Shown here: positions 9,677 through 19,862 of the stretch, piece by piece
Position numbering within the stretch: position 1 is the first letter of the stretch
Layout of the letters: every line of letters begins with the position of its first letter
Source: an uncultured virus (IMG/VR IMGVR_UViG_3300028903_000203)
Taxonomy: Duplodnaviria > Heunggongvirae > Uroviricota > Caudoviricetes
Reading direction: 5' to 3' (one strand)
Virus record (IMG/VR): IMGVR_UViG_3300028903_000203
Length of the DNA stretch: 64,000 nucleotides
Made by a program: the position numbers and the translations under genes
Notes under the pieces: generated by a model
What the model was told of the DNA's origin: nothing
Databases searched by the model: none
What the model saw: only the letters and a program-made list of their open reading frames with translations

Positions 9677-10999
9677 ATGAGCTGTACCGGGGAGAAGAAA
9701 GAGCAATCAGAGGTCTTGGCGCAGGCATCCCGGATCGCCGGCAGCCAGGTGGATGGGGCAGCCCATTGTTTGCATCCGGGCTGCAACCAACCGCTCAATG
9801 CTGCCCAGGAGTGCTCTCGGGGGCATAGCCAGCACCCTGCTGATGTGGTGCAGGCGCTAATCGCTGGCTGCCAGAAGTGGCGGTCTGAGGAACTACAGCG
9901 GTTGTATGCCAGGGAATGGGGCCAGGGTGATACAGCGTATGGCTGGAGTATCGCGGAGGCGCGAGTCAAAGCAGCGCTAGCCTGGAGCGCAGCGCAGGAA
10001 CTGGACGGGAACGGCGACTTGGCCGCACAGGCCCAGAACGAGGTCGCGTGCCTGGAGCGCATGGACCGCATGCAGGCCGTCCACGCGGCGCATGCCCTGC
10101 TGGACGAGTGCCAAGCTAGCCCCCAGTTCGACGCAGTGGATCGCTTGGTGTTGGGGCAACTGGCGCGCTACTACACGGACGCCCCGCCTGCTGACCCCGC
10201 GCCCATTCTACGCCGGGCCCACACGCGGTTGCAGGGTTTCCGTGACAGTCCGGAGGGGCCGGCCCCGCACCCGGTGGCCTGTGAGCTATTGCGCCAACGG
10301 CTGGCGGAACTGGAAACCTACGATGAAACGCGGGCGCGTCTGACGCGGCAGTATCCACACCAGTTCCCGAGCGAAGACCGTATACTCGCTCACCTCTTCT
10401 TCCAGCCCACTGGCGGTGGCATGGATTGGGAAAACGGGCAGCTCGTGATGAGTTGGCCGACGCCAGACGATGAACTAGAGGAGCGCCGTCAGCACCATGG
10501 TATCTGGCATCCGGGGCAGCTACCTACGGACCCGCGATTGACTGATCTCCCGGCTTACGACCCGGCGGCTCCGCCCCCACTGCTGCGCGCCCCCGTTGAT
10601 GTGACCTCGGATTGGCGAGGGGCGGCCCTGCGTGCTATCGAGCTGGCCCGCAGATTCGGCTGGGCCAACGAGGAGACTCTGGCGGCGGCCGAGTGGCGGC
10701 TCTGGCATCAGGGGCAGGAAAAGCCGCAGAGTGCGATACCCCAAAGAGGTGTCTGGGCGGACGAGGACGACAGCAAGCCGGGGAAGGTAGCACAGGACTG
10801 GCAAAGACTACTACAACGTGAACATGAGCAAAGCGGCGACTGTTGGGACAGCGAATGCGACACCTACGGGCAAGTTCAGGTGCGCGTGGTACGGGGCCAG
10901 GACGGGATCACCTTTGAGGGGCATTGCACGCGCTGTGGTTTCATCGAAGAATGTGACTATGATCCTGACCCCGACCGCGAGGCGCGTGTGCGCTACTAG
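9677..10999 (+). CDS. MSC-leader protein (paralog of 8268)
   Basis: AGGAGG RBS; leader MSCTGEKKEQ; similar to the upstream gene over its full length. Confidence 0.85.
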   Translation: MSCTGEKKEQSEVLAQASRIAGSQVDGAAHCLHPGCNQPLNAAQECSRGHSQHPADVVQALIAGCQKWRSEELQRLYAREWGQGDTAYGWSIAEARVKAALAWSAAQELDGNGDLAAQAQNEVACLERMDRMQAVHAAHALLDECQASPQFDAVDRLVLGQLARYYTDAPPADPAPILRRAHTRLQGFRDSPEGPAPHPVACELLRQRLAELETYDETRARLTRQYPHQFPSEDRILAHLFFQPTGGGMDWENGQLVMSWPTPDDELEERRQHHGIWHPGQLPTDPRLTDLPAYDPAAPPPLLRAPVDVTSDWRGAALRAIELARRFGWANEETLAAAEWRLWHQGQEKPQSAIPQRGVWADEDDSKPGKVAQDWQRLLQREHEQSGDCWDSECDTYGQVQVRVVRGQDGITFEGHCTRCGFIEECDYDPDPDREARVRY

Positions 11000-11009
11000 G
11001 CGCGGCAGT

Positions 11010-11060
11010 TGGGGGGCAGGTCGGCCCCCTATAGACGCCAGCGCAGCCGGCGTGTACAAT
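11010..11060 (+). promoter_or_regulatory. Array promoter copy 2
   Basis: TGGGGGGC-aggtcg-GCCCCCTA, then TAGACG-N17-TACAAT. Confidence 0.7.
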
Positions 11061-11107
11061 GATACTTGTGCGCAGACCACCAGGCACAGGTTATAAGGAG
11101 AACCGTG

Positions 11108-12934
11108 ATGAGCTGCAAGGAATACTGGGAACAACAGTTGGCCGGGCCGCTGGCTACCGCCACGCGAGTTGCGCCAGGGCAAGTTGATGGGGCGGAGCGG
11201 TGTGCCCATGAAGGCTGCAACTTGCCCATCAGCCGCGCCACGGGCAAGTGCCCACGGGGACATGCGCCGGCCGGCCAGTCTACACAGGGGGCCCCCACCA
11301 TCACGGCGAGCCTGCTTTGCGTACTGGAGGAAGCCGGCGCTTTCTCTCCGGCCTTCCAGGTCGAGCGGGCGGTGGCGCGCCGCCTGGCCGTAGGTGACGA
11401 GTACGAAGACAGCACCCCCGAAATGCAAGCGGCGGCACAGGTGCTGCTGGATAGAGTCGAGGAACTGGTGGCGTGGGGGGGTATTCTCCGCACGCGCCTC
11501 GACCGCGGGCATTATGATGAAGCGCTCGCCGCCCTGTCCCGGGCCTACGGGGATGAAGAGATGGAGGAGACTGATGTCGTAGCCGCCACCCAGGAGGGCT
11601 TTCTCTCCGACGACGGTACGGTGCGGGCCGCGGCTGGGCCGCTGTGCTATGCGTTGGAGAACCTGCTCGTGCGGCAAATGCTGGAGGATGAAGCGGACAA
11701 GGCCAGCGTCAGCCGGGCATTGGCCCAGGCGTATGGCGCTCCGGAGTTGACTGACGCCCAGGTACTCAGCATAGCCGTGCGGGCCCAATCTGCGGAAGCG
11801 GAGCGGTCGGAGGAACTTGCTACCCAGCGCGCGGACGCGCGCACGTTGCAGGTGGTAATGGCGGGGGGAGCACAGTCGCCGGCCCTCCCCCTGCCCGAGG
11901 AAGACCCGGTGCGCCGGCTTCTATATGAGGTCGATGAGCTGCGTGATGCCGGGACAAACCTGGAGGGTGACCCCCGCGTGCGGGCGGCCCGCGCGTACTT
12001 AGAGGCGCAGGACCGCACCTGGTGGGAGGCCCCCTCGCTGGAAGCGGCGCTGAAAGCATGGCCGGCCGCCCCCAACCAGCTCTTCGAGGAAGCCTTCTAC
12101 CAGGTGACCGGCCGCAGCATCGTCGTGGAATATGACGGGCCGCCGGATGACCCCGCGGCGGAGGACGGTCCCCTGGTGGTAAGCTGGTCCCAGCAGCAGG
12201 GGATAACGGACGCCTCGCTGGAGTTACTGCGGGTGGTGTTCCCCGGCGTGCCGGAGCGGGCCTGGGTGCGGGAAGAGGGCCCCAACGACACCCAAATCTT
12301 TGGCCCCGACGGGCAGCGGGCGCGGGTGCGGGTGGTCACTCCTGATGGGACCCCGGCCGTAACGGCGCTGTTGCCCCATCCCGCCGCGTGCTGGCAAGCG
12401 CTGCAAGCGACCCACCGGCGCAGCGGTATAGTGCGGCCCCCAGACTATACTCAGGTCAGCACGGTGACCAGGTGGCGAGGGGAAGCCTTCACCCAGCTAA
12501 AGCAAGCCGCCTGGGGAACCGTGAAAAAGCGCTACGGGCTGCACCGGCTGCCGCCGCGGAGCGGGCGCGTTGGGGAAAGCGCCTTCCGGGTGCCGGGCCT
12601 CTGGCGCAGCAACAGCGGCATCGAGGCATCGGCGGCCGAGTGGGCGTTGCGTTACGTGTTGGTGGCCGGCGAGGACCCCCCTTTGGCCGGCACCAGCCCC
12701 GCCGATCAGGCCGCCTGGGGCGAGCAGATGTATGCGCGCCTGCGGGAGGTTGATTGGGGGGACGTGCGGGCCTACTTTGGGGTGGACACCCGCCTGCGCT
12801 CCGGACATCGGCCCCTTGGGGAAAGCGCCTTCCGTGTGGAGGGGCTGTGGCAGGACGCGGCGGGCCACACGGGTTCGGCCGCGGAATGGGTCTTGCGCTC
12901 GGTGTTGGTAGATGGGCCAGCCGGTCAGTCATAG
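11108..12934 (+). CDS. MSC-leader protein with duplicated C-terminal GESAFRV.GLW...SAAEW.LR.VLV module
   Basis: AAGGAG RBS; ATG 11108 begins MSCKEYWEQQ. Confidence 0.85.
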   Translation: MSCKEYWEQQLAGPLATATRVAPGQVDGAERCAHEGCNLPISRATGKCPRGHAPAGQSTQGAPTITASLLCVLEEAGAFSPAFQVERAVARRLAVGDEYEDSTPEMQAAAQVLLDRVEELVAWGGILRTRLDRGHYDEALAALSRAYGDEEMEETDVVAATQEGFLSDDGTVRAAAGPLCYALENLLVRQMLEDEADKASVSRALAQAYGAPELTDAQVLSIAVRAQSAEAERSEELATQRADARTLQVVMAGGAQSPALPLPEEDPVRRLLYEVDELRDAGTNLEGDPRVRAARAYLEAQDRTWWEAPSLEAALKAWPAAPNQLFEEAFYQVTGRSIVVEYDGPPDDPAAEDGPLVVSWSQQQGITDASLELLRVVFPGVPERAWVREEGPNDTQIFGPDGQRARVRVVTPDGTPAVTALLPHPAACWQALQATHRRSGIVRPPDYTQVSTVTRWRGEAFTQLKQAAWGTVKKRYGLHRLPPRSGRVGESAFRVPGLWRSNSGIEASAAEWALRYVLVAGEDPPLAGTSPADQAAWGEQMYARLREVDWGDVRAYFGVDTRLRSGHRPLGESAFRVEGLWQDAAGHTGSAAEWVLRSVLVDGPAGQS

Positions 12935-12955
12935 CGCAATCGGAGGAGAGTAGTC

Positions 12956-14236
12956 ATGAGCTGCAAGGATTACTGGGAGAAAGAGATGGCGGGGTGGCTG
13001 GGAGCGGCCAGCCGGGTGGCTCCGGGCCAGGTGAACGGGGCGGAGAAGTGCTCCCATGCCGGTTGTAACCTGCCCATCAACCGGGCCACGGGGAAATGTC
13101 CCCGTGGGCATGTGGTGCAACCGGCCTACCCATCTGAGATCGAGGCCGTTGCTTGTGCGTTGCGAGACGTGGAGTGGACGGCGGACACGCTGCCCCTATT
13201 GCGCTGCCAGGCAGCCTTGGCCGCCCGGCAGGGCGACCCCGGCCGTTGGCAGCGGGACGGCACGCCCGAGCTGGCCGCTGCGAACGCGCTGTTCGACGCG
13301 GTGGCGGCGCTGGTGCGCGAGGGCGGGTATCCCCCGGCGGCCATCCGGGCACTGGCGACAGCCTATGGTCATCCCAGTATGAGCGAGGCGGACGTCGGAG
13401 ATGCGGTAGCGCTCAGCGAGCTACCCCAGGCGGTAGGCTTGGGGGCGGCAGTAGGACCGCTCCGGGCAGTCCTAGAAGAAGTCGTGGGGCAGGGGCTGGG
13501 CTATTGGCCCCGGGCGGAGGTGCAGGCGCAGGGCGAGCAGGCGTTGGCGGCGGTCTATGGCGATCCCGAGTTGCGGCCGGCTGACGTGACCAGTATCGCC
13601 CGCGTGGCTTGCGCCAGCACGACGGCTACCGACCGGGAGCTGGTGTACGCCCGTCTGGGCCGCGACCTGCTGGGGTTGGTGCCCCGCACGATGGAGGCCG
13701 ATCCCCGCGTGCGGGTGGCGGCGGTCCGCTTCGCCGCTACTGGGTTGCCCCCGGTAATCGGGGTCGGGCAGGACTCGGAAGGCTGGCAGATAGGCATTGA
13801 TACGACCCGCTGGACCGTGACCCGCAGCCAAAGCGGGGCGTTCTCCGAGGAGCCATTGGCCGCGTATCTGGTTTCGCCCCGCTTCCACCTCCCACGGGGA
13901 GACTTGGTGGCCGCAGGCGAGCCCTATCTGCCCGGCGAGCGGGGCGCGGTGGCGCGGGCGCTCCTGGCCCACGTACCGGAGAGCCAGTGGCCGGTGGAGG
14001 TGCGGCGGGTGTTGGTGGAGTTCCTGGCGGCCGACCTCACGGATGCGGAAATCCGGGCCCGCGGAGAGGACCTGGGCTACGGCGGCGAGTTCGGCTTGTG
14101 GTCGGGCGGCGATGACAAGGACGAAGCCGGCATGGTGCGGGATTACATGCAGGAGAATAACGCCCCTTTGGACGAGGCCATCCACGAAACTGTGCGCACC
14201 CGGCAGTACCGCGAGGTCGCGGCCGATGAAGAATGA
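12956..14236 (+). CDS. MSC-leader protein, unknown cargo (N-terminal half related to 11108)
   Basis: GGAGG RBS; MSCKDYWEKEM leader; shares AYG...M.E.DV and GPL...LE with 11108. Confidence 0.85.
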   Translation: MSCKDYWEKEMAGWLGAASRVAPGQVNGAEKCSHAGCNLPINRATGKCPRGHVVQPAYPSEIEAVACALRDVEWTADTLPLLRCQAALAARQGDPGRWQRDGTPELAAANALFDAVAALVREGGYPPAAIRALATAYGHPSMSEADVGDAVALSELPQAVGLGAAVGPLRAVLEEVVGQGLGYWPRAEVQAQGEQALAAVYGDPELRPADVTSIARVACASTTATDRELVYARLGRDLLGLVPRTMEADPRVRVAAVRFAATGLPPVIGVGQDSEGWQIGIDTTRWTVTRSQSGAFSEEPLAAYLVSPRFHLPRGDLVAAGEPYLPGERGAVARALLAHVPESQWPVEVRRVLVEFLAADLTDAEIRARGEDLGYGGEFGLWSGGDDKDEAGMVRDYMQENNAPLDEAIHETVRTRQYREVAADEE

Positions 14237-14266
14237 ATCGGTGTAGCTGGCCGCAAGGAGCAACTG

Positions 14267-15571
14267 ATGAGCTGCAAGGATGCCTGGGAAAAAGAGGTGG
14301 CGCAGTGGCTGGCGGGGCCGGCGAAAGTGGCCCCCAGTCAGGCCGACGGCGGCCAGCGCTGCACGCACGCTGGTTGTGACGCTCTGGTGAATCAAGCCAC
14401 AGGGGTGTGCGTCAAGGGGCACCGCCAGGGCACGGCGGTGAGCGTGCCCGCCGACGAACAGATGGTGGAGGCCGCGCAGACCGCGTATGATGGCAGCGAG
14501 ATACAGGTGGACGCCGAGGCTACTGTGTCCCGCTCGGACGAGAACGAAGACAAGGGGGCCTATGTAGAGGCGTGGATCAGGTTGGATGCGGAGGAGGTGG
14601 GCGACGCCGACGATGCGGCGCTCATTGCTCTGGCCCAAGAGCAGTATCAGGAGGGGGGCACCCTGGAGATAGATGACGGGGCCGTGGTCACCCGCGACGG
14701 GGAGACGGTTCTGGTGCAAGGCTGGGTCTGGGTTTATGACGATGCGGTCCAGCCGGCGAAGGGAGAAGCGGCCGAGCCGGGGGCGAAGGGCGTGTGTGAC
14801 GGGCTCCTGTGTCTGCTAGGTGAACTCCAAGCGCAGGGGCTGATCGAGCCCGGAGATCGCCCTATCGGGTTAGACGAGCCCGACCGAGCCATCCGCCAGA
14901 TGCTGGATAGCATCGACTGCCGAGTGGGAATAATGGGGAACTATGAGCTGGGCAGGGCCTTGCCCCAGGAGCAGGCAGTAGCGATTTTCGACGACCCGCG
15001 CGTGCTGGCGGCACGCCGTTATCTGGCCGTCCAGTCGGGCTATGCTCCTGCCGAGGCCCCCGCCGCGCTGGCTCGGGAAATCACGGCCATGGTAGACACC
15101 CTGCGGGGGGATGATCCTCGGGAGGGTATCGTATACCGACTGAGTGAGCTATACGATGCGCTGGCTGAGCATGGCTATGGGGATTGGCAGAGCGCCGTGG
15201 GTTACTTGGAGGAAGCGCTCGCCATGGTGGGGCTGCGCGGAGTAGCGGCAGGTCTGTCGTCGGAACCGGCGGAAACGCGCACCCGCGAAACACCCGAACT
15301 GCTGGCTGCTAGCCTTTACCAGGCGCTGCGGGCCGACCGCGACGGCGAGTTCGTGCCGGAGATGCTGGATGGTGCGGCAGCAGTGCTGAGGAATCTGGGG
15401 GAGGAGGAAAGCGACTGGCTGGAGGAAGATGAGGAGACTGGGGCGCGGTTGTGGCGGGCGGTCGGGAACGCCCGGGAGGTAGCGGTCGAGCTGCGTTCCA
15501 TGTATCGGCGGCTGGGCGACCTGGCGGGGGTATCAAATGCACCGGATGAGGCCCGCCGGAGGTCGAGATGA
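14267..15571 (+). CDS. MSC-leader protein with duplicated acidic I.VD..A.V.R...V..W module
   Basis: AAGGAG RBS; MSCKDAWEKEV leader. Confidence 0.85.
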   Translation: MSCKDAWEKEVAQWLAGPAKVAPSQADGGQRCTHAGCDALVNQATGVCVKGHRQGTAVSVPADEQMVEAAQTAYDGSEIQVDAEATVSRSDENEDKGAYVEAWIRLDAEEVGDADDAALIALAQEQYQEGGTLEIDDGAVVTRDGETVLVQGWVWVYDDAVQPAKGEAAEPGAKGVCDGLLCLLGELQAQGLIEPGDRPIGLDEPDRAIRQMLDSIDCRVGIMGNYELGRALPQEQAVAIFDDPRVLAARRYLAVQSGYAPAEAPAALAREITAMVDTLRGDDPREGIVYRLSELYDALAEHGYGDWQSAVGYLEEALAMVGLRGVAAGLSSEPAETRTRETPELLAASLYQALRADRDGEFVPEMLDGAAAVLRNLGEEESDWLEEDEETGARLWRAVGNAREVAVELRSMYRRLGDLAGVSNAPDEARRRSR

Positions 15572-16173
15572 GTTGTAAGAACGAAGCTGAAGCAGAAGGC
15601 AAGGCGCTAGAACCGGCCACCAGGACCACCCTGGCCCAGGCCGACGCCGGCCCGCGCTGCACTCGTGAGGGCTGTACGGCACGGGTCAACCAGGCCACGG
15701 GGCGCTGCACGGCGGGCCATGCCCAGGAGCCAGAGGGGGACGACCTCTTCACCGGAGCCGACCTGCTGTACGCGACGACGCGGGCCTCTCTCCTGGAAGA
15801 CGGCTACCTGATCGATGTGACGGAGCAAGCTCGGGAACAAGGTTTCCGCTGGCCGGTCGCCGTCTCCCGCGCGGTCTGGGATATGGTCAAGGACATTCCC
15901 CCGCCATTTCAGAGAGAGCAAACCGTCGAGGCCCGCTTGCGCGACGTGCTTTTGGTGGCGGCCATACGGGCGCGTATTGCGGTGGGGGCAAAGCAGGAGC
16001 CGCCTTTCTACTACAAGATGACGCTCTATAACTCGGACAGCACCGATTGGGACACGTGGGTAGAGGGCGAGGATAAAAGCGTAGGCAAGGTGGTGCTGAA
16101 GATAACGATAGACTACGCCGCGCCCGACGACCCGCAGCCCTGTTATACCATCTCCTTGCCTGACGAGGACTGA
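15568..16173 (+). CDS. MSC-leader protein with DUF6573-like cargo
   Basis: ATGA overlap; TRASLLEDGYLIDVT..AREQGFRWPVAVSRAVW...RLRDVL...CYTISLPDED matches the DUF6573 pattern as recalled. Confidence 0.8.
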   Translation: MSCKNEAEAEGKALEPATRTTLAQADAGPRCTREGCTARVNQATGRCTAGHAQEPEGDDLFTGADLLYATTRASLLEDGYLIDVTEQAREQGFRWPVAVSRAVWDMVKDIPPPFQREQTVEARLRDVLLVAAIRARIAVGAKQEPPFYYKMTLYNSDSTDWDTWVEGEDKSVGKVVLKITIDYAAPDDPQPCYTISLPDED

Positions 16174-16195
16174 GTACACAGACCGGAGGTTGGCC

Positions 16196-18136
16196 ATGTC
16201 CTGTAAAAGTGATTGGGAAGCCTACGCGCGGCAACTGGAAGGCATGGCCCGGGTCGCAGCCGGCGGGGTCAATGGCCGGCCTTGCTGCATCCGGGCGGGT
16301 TGCGGGCTGCCTCTGCGTGACGACAATACCTGCGTCCGGGGGCATCCCCAGGTGGAGGGCGAGCAGGTGCCGAGCACGCCGCATGAGATCGAGGCTTTCC
16401 AGGAGCTGATGCGCGATGCGCTCCAGACCTACCCGCAGTTGGTCGACGACCCGCGGTTCAAGGCGTTCCGCGCCTACATGAGCACTGATATGCGGAAGCT
16501 GGACCCCGAGGCCACCCATGCCTTGGGCCTGTCCGTGTTGCATTGGGCCGCCACCATGTTCGACGGTATGCCGGAACTGGCGGGGGACCCCCGGCTGCGG
16601 GTCCTACGGGCCTTGTTCGCGCTGAATCCGGTGCCCGACGTCGTGCGATCCTGGGGTGTGCCGTCGGATGCCGATGCCGGCCAGGAGTACGCGGTGACGC
16701 TGAGCCGCGATGGTCACTTTGCCTGCTCCTGCGCGGACTGGCGCTACCGGCGTGTGTTCACCGGGGAGGACTGCAAGCACATCGGCCGCGTCCGGCGAGG
16801 AATGGCAACCCAGGGGGTGAGGATTGATCACATCGTGTCCCGCCCCGGTGGCTGGGATGTCAACCGGACCACCATGGTGCCAGGGGAAGGACCCGTCACG
16901 GAGTACGGCCTGTGGGTGCCTGCGTCCACGGCGGGACCGGAGGAAGAAACGGCCCTTGTACCCCGGGTGACGCGCCAATGGGTAGTGCCGTCTCGGAGCC
17001 GGCCGGGGTCGGGCTTGACCCACACGGTGAGCCAAGACGACCAGGACAACTTGAGCTGCACCTGCGAATGGTGGACCTTCCGGGGCAGCCAGGGAGAGGG
17101 CAACTGCCACCATATCGACGATGTCCAGTCCGGCCGTGCCCGCCGCTACGAGGTCGAGGTGGAGGAAGAACCGCTGGAAGTCGCCGCCGAGGAAGCTCCC
17201 GCCGAGGAGGAACTGCCGCTCGCCGTGCGCGAGTGGCGGGTGGCTTCCGAAACCCGGCGTGGGGTCGTGCATACGGTAATGCAGGACACCCAGGGTCGCC
17301 TGGTCTGTACCTGTGAGGACTTTACCTATCGGCATAAGGAACAGGGCGGGGACTGCAAGCACACCTGGGACGTGCGGCTGGGACTACGCGGCGAAGGCCA
17401 GCCGGCGGAACCCAGGGGGGAAGAGCGGGTGTGGGTGCGCGCGTGGGCGGCGGCCTCGGACACCCGTGAGGAGGTGGTGCACACCGTGCGCCAAGCAGCG
17501 GATGGCGGCTACTCCTGCACTTGCGAGGACTGGCACTATCGCTGCTCGGGGCTGGAAGGCCCCAAGGTAAAGGAAACCTGTAAACACGTGGACCGCGTGG
17601 TGGATGGGGAACTGGGGCGGGGCCGGATGCTCGCTACGCAGACGTGGAACGTGCCTTCAGATACCCGGCGTGATGTAGTCCACGAAGTGCGGCGGGATGC
17701 GGCGGGCAACTATGAGTGTACCTGCGAAGCGTATCGCTTCGGAAAGGGCAGGCCCTGCAAGCATATTGAGGACGTGGCGGGCGGGGTCTACGGGGCGGTG
17801 GGCCAGCCGGCGATGGCGCTGCCCGCGGTTCGAGTGGGACTCGCCAAAGTTACGCAGGTCACGGTCGTCGAGCGCGACGAGGCGGGCCGGCCGACGCGAG
17901 TCATGGTGCCGCTCCGCCCTATCGGCGACACCCACTTTATGGCGACTCTGGTGTACGACGCGCTGCGCGCGGGGGTGGCTTGGCCCGAGCTCCGCGAACT
18001 GGAGCATATCCCCCGCGATTGGCGCCCGGCGGACATTGTCGCCTACGTGCGGGCGAATGGGCGGCGTATCTACGGTGAGGGCGAGCGGGGGTTCCTGACC
18101 ATCCCCGTTACGGAGCGCGACGGGTTGCCCTATTAG
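16196..18136 (+). CDS. MSC-leader protein with five tandem SWIM-type Zn fingers
   Basis: GGAGG RBS; five C-x-C-x(9-18)-C-x-H motifs, each preceded by a W.V.S...H.V strand. Confidence 0.85.
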   Translation: MSCKSDWEAYARQLEGMARVAAGGVNGRPCCIRAGCGLPLRDDNTCVRGHPQVEGEQVPSTPHEIEAFQELMRDALQTYPQLVDDPRFKAFRAYMSTDMRKLDPEATHALGLSVLHWAATMFDGMPELAGDPRLRVLRALFALNPVPDVVRSWGVPSDADAGQEYAVTLSRDGHFACSCADWRYRRVFTGEDCKHIGRVRRGMATQGVRIDHIVSRPGGWDVNRTTMVPGEGPVTEYGLWVPASTAGPEEETALVPRVTRQWVVPSRSRPGSGLTHTVSQDDQDNLSCTCEWWTFRGSQGEGNCHHIDDVQSGRARRYEVEVEEEPLEVAAEEAPAEEELPLAVREWRVASETRRGVVHTVMQDTQGRLVCTCEDFTYRHKEQGGDCKHTWDVRLGLRGEGQPAEPRGEERVWVRAWAAASDTREEVVHTVRQAADGGYSCTCEDWHYRCSGLEGPKVKETCKHVDRVVDGELGRGRMLATQTWNVPSDTRRDVVHEVRRDAAGNYECTCEAYRFGKGRPCKHIEDVAGGVYGAVGQPAMALPAVRVGLAKVTQVTVVERDEAGRPTRVMVPLRPIGDTHFMATLVYDALRAGVAWPELRELEHIPRDWRPADIVAYVRANGRRIYGEGERGFLTIPVTERDGLPY

Positions 18137-18147
18137 CGAGGTGGAGT

Positions 18148-18702
18148 ATGCCCAGCCACGTCGACCCTTCCCCCCAGGCTAGTAAGGCCGCGGGTGTAGC
18201 GGCGACCGGGGGCACCACCCTAAACTGTACTGCGGCGCTGCGCGAAGATGGCCGCTGCCCGCCGGGGTGTGCCCGCGCGCACCAGGCAGCTTTCTCGACG
18301 GACGACTGCCCCCGCCGCCAGGTCCAGACCGGAGCGGAGGACGTAGCCGCCTTGTTGGGACAGCAGGGGCTCGCGGTAACGGTGCAGCCCTGGGCCGAGC
18401 GGATAGGCTACGACCCTGCGGTTAGGCGTTACGCCCTGTGGGTACAGATGCAGCCGCACTCAGACGAGGCGGCGGACACCCTGCGGGTGCTGGCCGCCGA
18501 GTGGGAGAGGCAGGACGAGTCGCAGGTCCAAGGGGCCATCTACTGGGGGAGGTCGGCACGGGGAGCCTTGTTCTGCGGCCTGCGGCTCGAACATGCCCGG
18601 TCACTGGGCGCGTGGGCCAGCCGATTGGGAGCAGCGGAGGCCGCAGAGCTGGTCGCCCAAGTACGTCAACGGCGGCCGTGGTTGCTCACCGGCTGCCACT
18701 AG
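18148..18702 (+). CDS. Hypothetical protein lacking the canonical leader (Cys-rich N-terminus)
   Basis: GAGG/GGAG RBS; fills the gap between two array genes. Confidence 0.65.
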   Translation: MPSHVDPSPQASKAAGVAATGGTTLNCTAALREDGRCPPGCARAHQAAFSTDDCPRRQVQTGAEDVAALLGQQGLAVTVQPWAERIGYDPAVRRYALWVQMQPHSDEAADTLRVLAAEWERQDESQVQGAIYWGRSARGALFCGLRLEHARSLGAWASRLGAAEAAELVAQVRQRRPWLLTGCH

Positions 18703-18713
18703 GAGGTTGTACC

Positions 18714-19844
18714 GTGTCTTGTAAGGATGAGGCCGAGAACGAGGGAAAGGCCCTTGAAAAGGCCACCAAAACCACGCTGGCCCAGACGGATGCCGCCCGG
18801 CGGTGCATTCTCCCGACGTGCCAGTTGCCGTTGAATGATAAGGGGGGGTGCCCCAAGCATCATCCCCAGGACCCGCAGGAGCTGCGTGCAACGCTTGACT
18901 ATACGTATGCCGACTTGCGACCGGCAGCCGAGGTGTTGCGCTGGGTACGACCGGCGGTTTTCCGGGAAGCCGCCGCGCGGGCGCAGGCGGAAGGTCGGGC
19001 CGAAGATGCCGCGCGCCTCCAGCAACTGGCGGCGCAACGGGAAACTCTGACACCCCAGCAGATCATCGAGCAACGGCCGGACTGGCCGGGATTGGAGGTC
19101 TGGGTCAGTCCCCTGGTACGGGGGCTGCTGGCAGTCCTGCGGCAGCGCGCCGACTCGGAGATCGAAGAAGGCGATGGGCCATGGATGGACATGCGGCCCC
19201 CGGCGCAGCAGGACCGGGAGTTCTACGAGGCGGCCTGGGGCGCTCTCCCCCCGCTCCTGGCCGCGCTGGAGCACGCCGAGCAGGAACAGCGGCGGGTGGT
19301 GGCCGCCCTGCAACGGCTGGCCAAGCCGGCCGCCCCGCCCACGCTCCCACAACTGGGCCGGCGGATGCTGGCGGCGATGACAGACGTGGCCCAGTTTTTA
19401 CAACGGCAAGCTGCGGAAGCCGAGGCTGCCGGCCGGCCCAAAGAGGCGCGGCGGGCCCGGGAACAGGCTGGCTCCGTGCAGAGCGGGGCCCAGAACCTGG
19501 CCCACCAGCTTGCCGGGCCCGAGGAAGAGGAGCAGTGGCTCCGCGCCGCGACCGGCGCGGATGACCCCGGCGCGGATGACCCCGGCGCAGCGGGGCAGTT
19601 GCGAGAACAGGTGGCCACACTCCGCACCGCGCCGGCCCCGGCTCCCGCGCCGGCCCCGGCTCCCGCGCCCGCGCCGATCATCGAGGACCACGGTTTCTTC
19701 CAGCTCGAGGTGGATGAGGCGGCGCGGACGGTGGTGGTCCGGCTCCCGGGCTTTCGTGGACTGAAGTTTATCACCGGCGACATGGATCGCGCTATGGAAC
19801 GGGCACTGGCGGCCTATAAGGAGCGCGGGTTCCGGCAAGTGTAA
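18714..19844 (+). CDS. MSC-leader protein (GTG start), helical cargo with (AP)n linker
   Basis: AGGAGG at 18701; GTG TCT TGT AAG GAT = (M)SCKDEAENEG. Confidence 0.8.
   Translation: MSCKDEAENEGKALEKATKTTLAQTDAARRCILPTCQLPLNDKGGCPKHHPQDPQELRATLDYTYADLRPAAEVLRWVRPAVFREAAARAQAEGRAEDAARLQQLAAQRETLTPQQIIEQRPDWPGLEVWVSPLVRGLLAVLRQRADSEIEEGDGPWMDMRPPAQQDREFYEAAWGALPPLLAALEHAEQEQRRVVAALQRLAKPAAPPTLPQLGRRMLAAMTDVAQFLQRQAAEAEAAGRPKEARRAREQAGSVQSGAQNLAHQLAGPEEEEQWLRAATGADDPGADDPGAAGQLREQVATLRTAPAPAPAPAPAPAPAPIIEDHGFFQLEVDEAARTVVVRLPGFRGLKFITGDMDRAMERALAAYKERGFRQV
19554..19676 (+). repeat. In-frame short tandem repeats (15-bp x2 = GADDP; 18-bp x2 = APAPAP)
   Basis: GGCGCGGATGACCCC x2 at 19554; GCGCCGGCCCCGGCTCCC x2 at 19629. 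Confidence 0.8.
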
Positions 19845-19862
19845 ACGGTATAGGAGAACGCG

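Noticed and set aside
12485..12505. TAAAGCA match to the dif-like arm
   Set aside because: It lies inside a CDS and lacks both the GAAATC core and the second arm.
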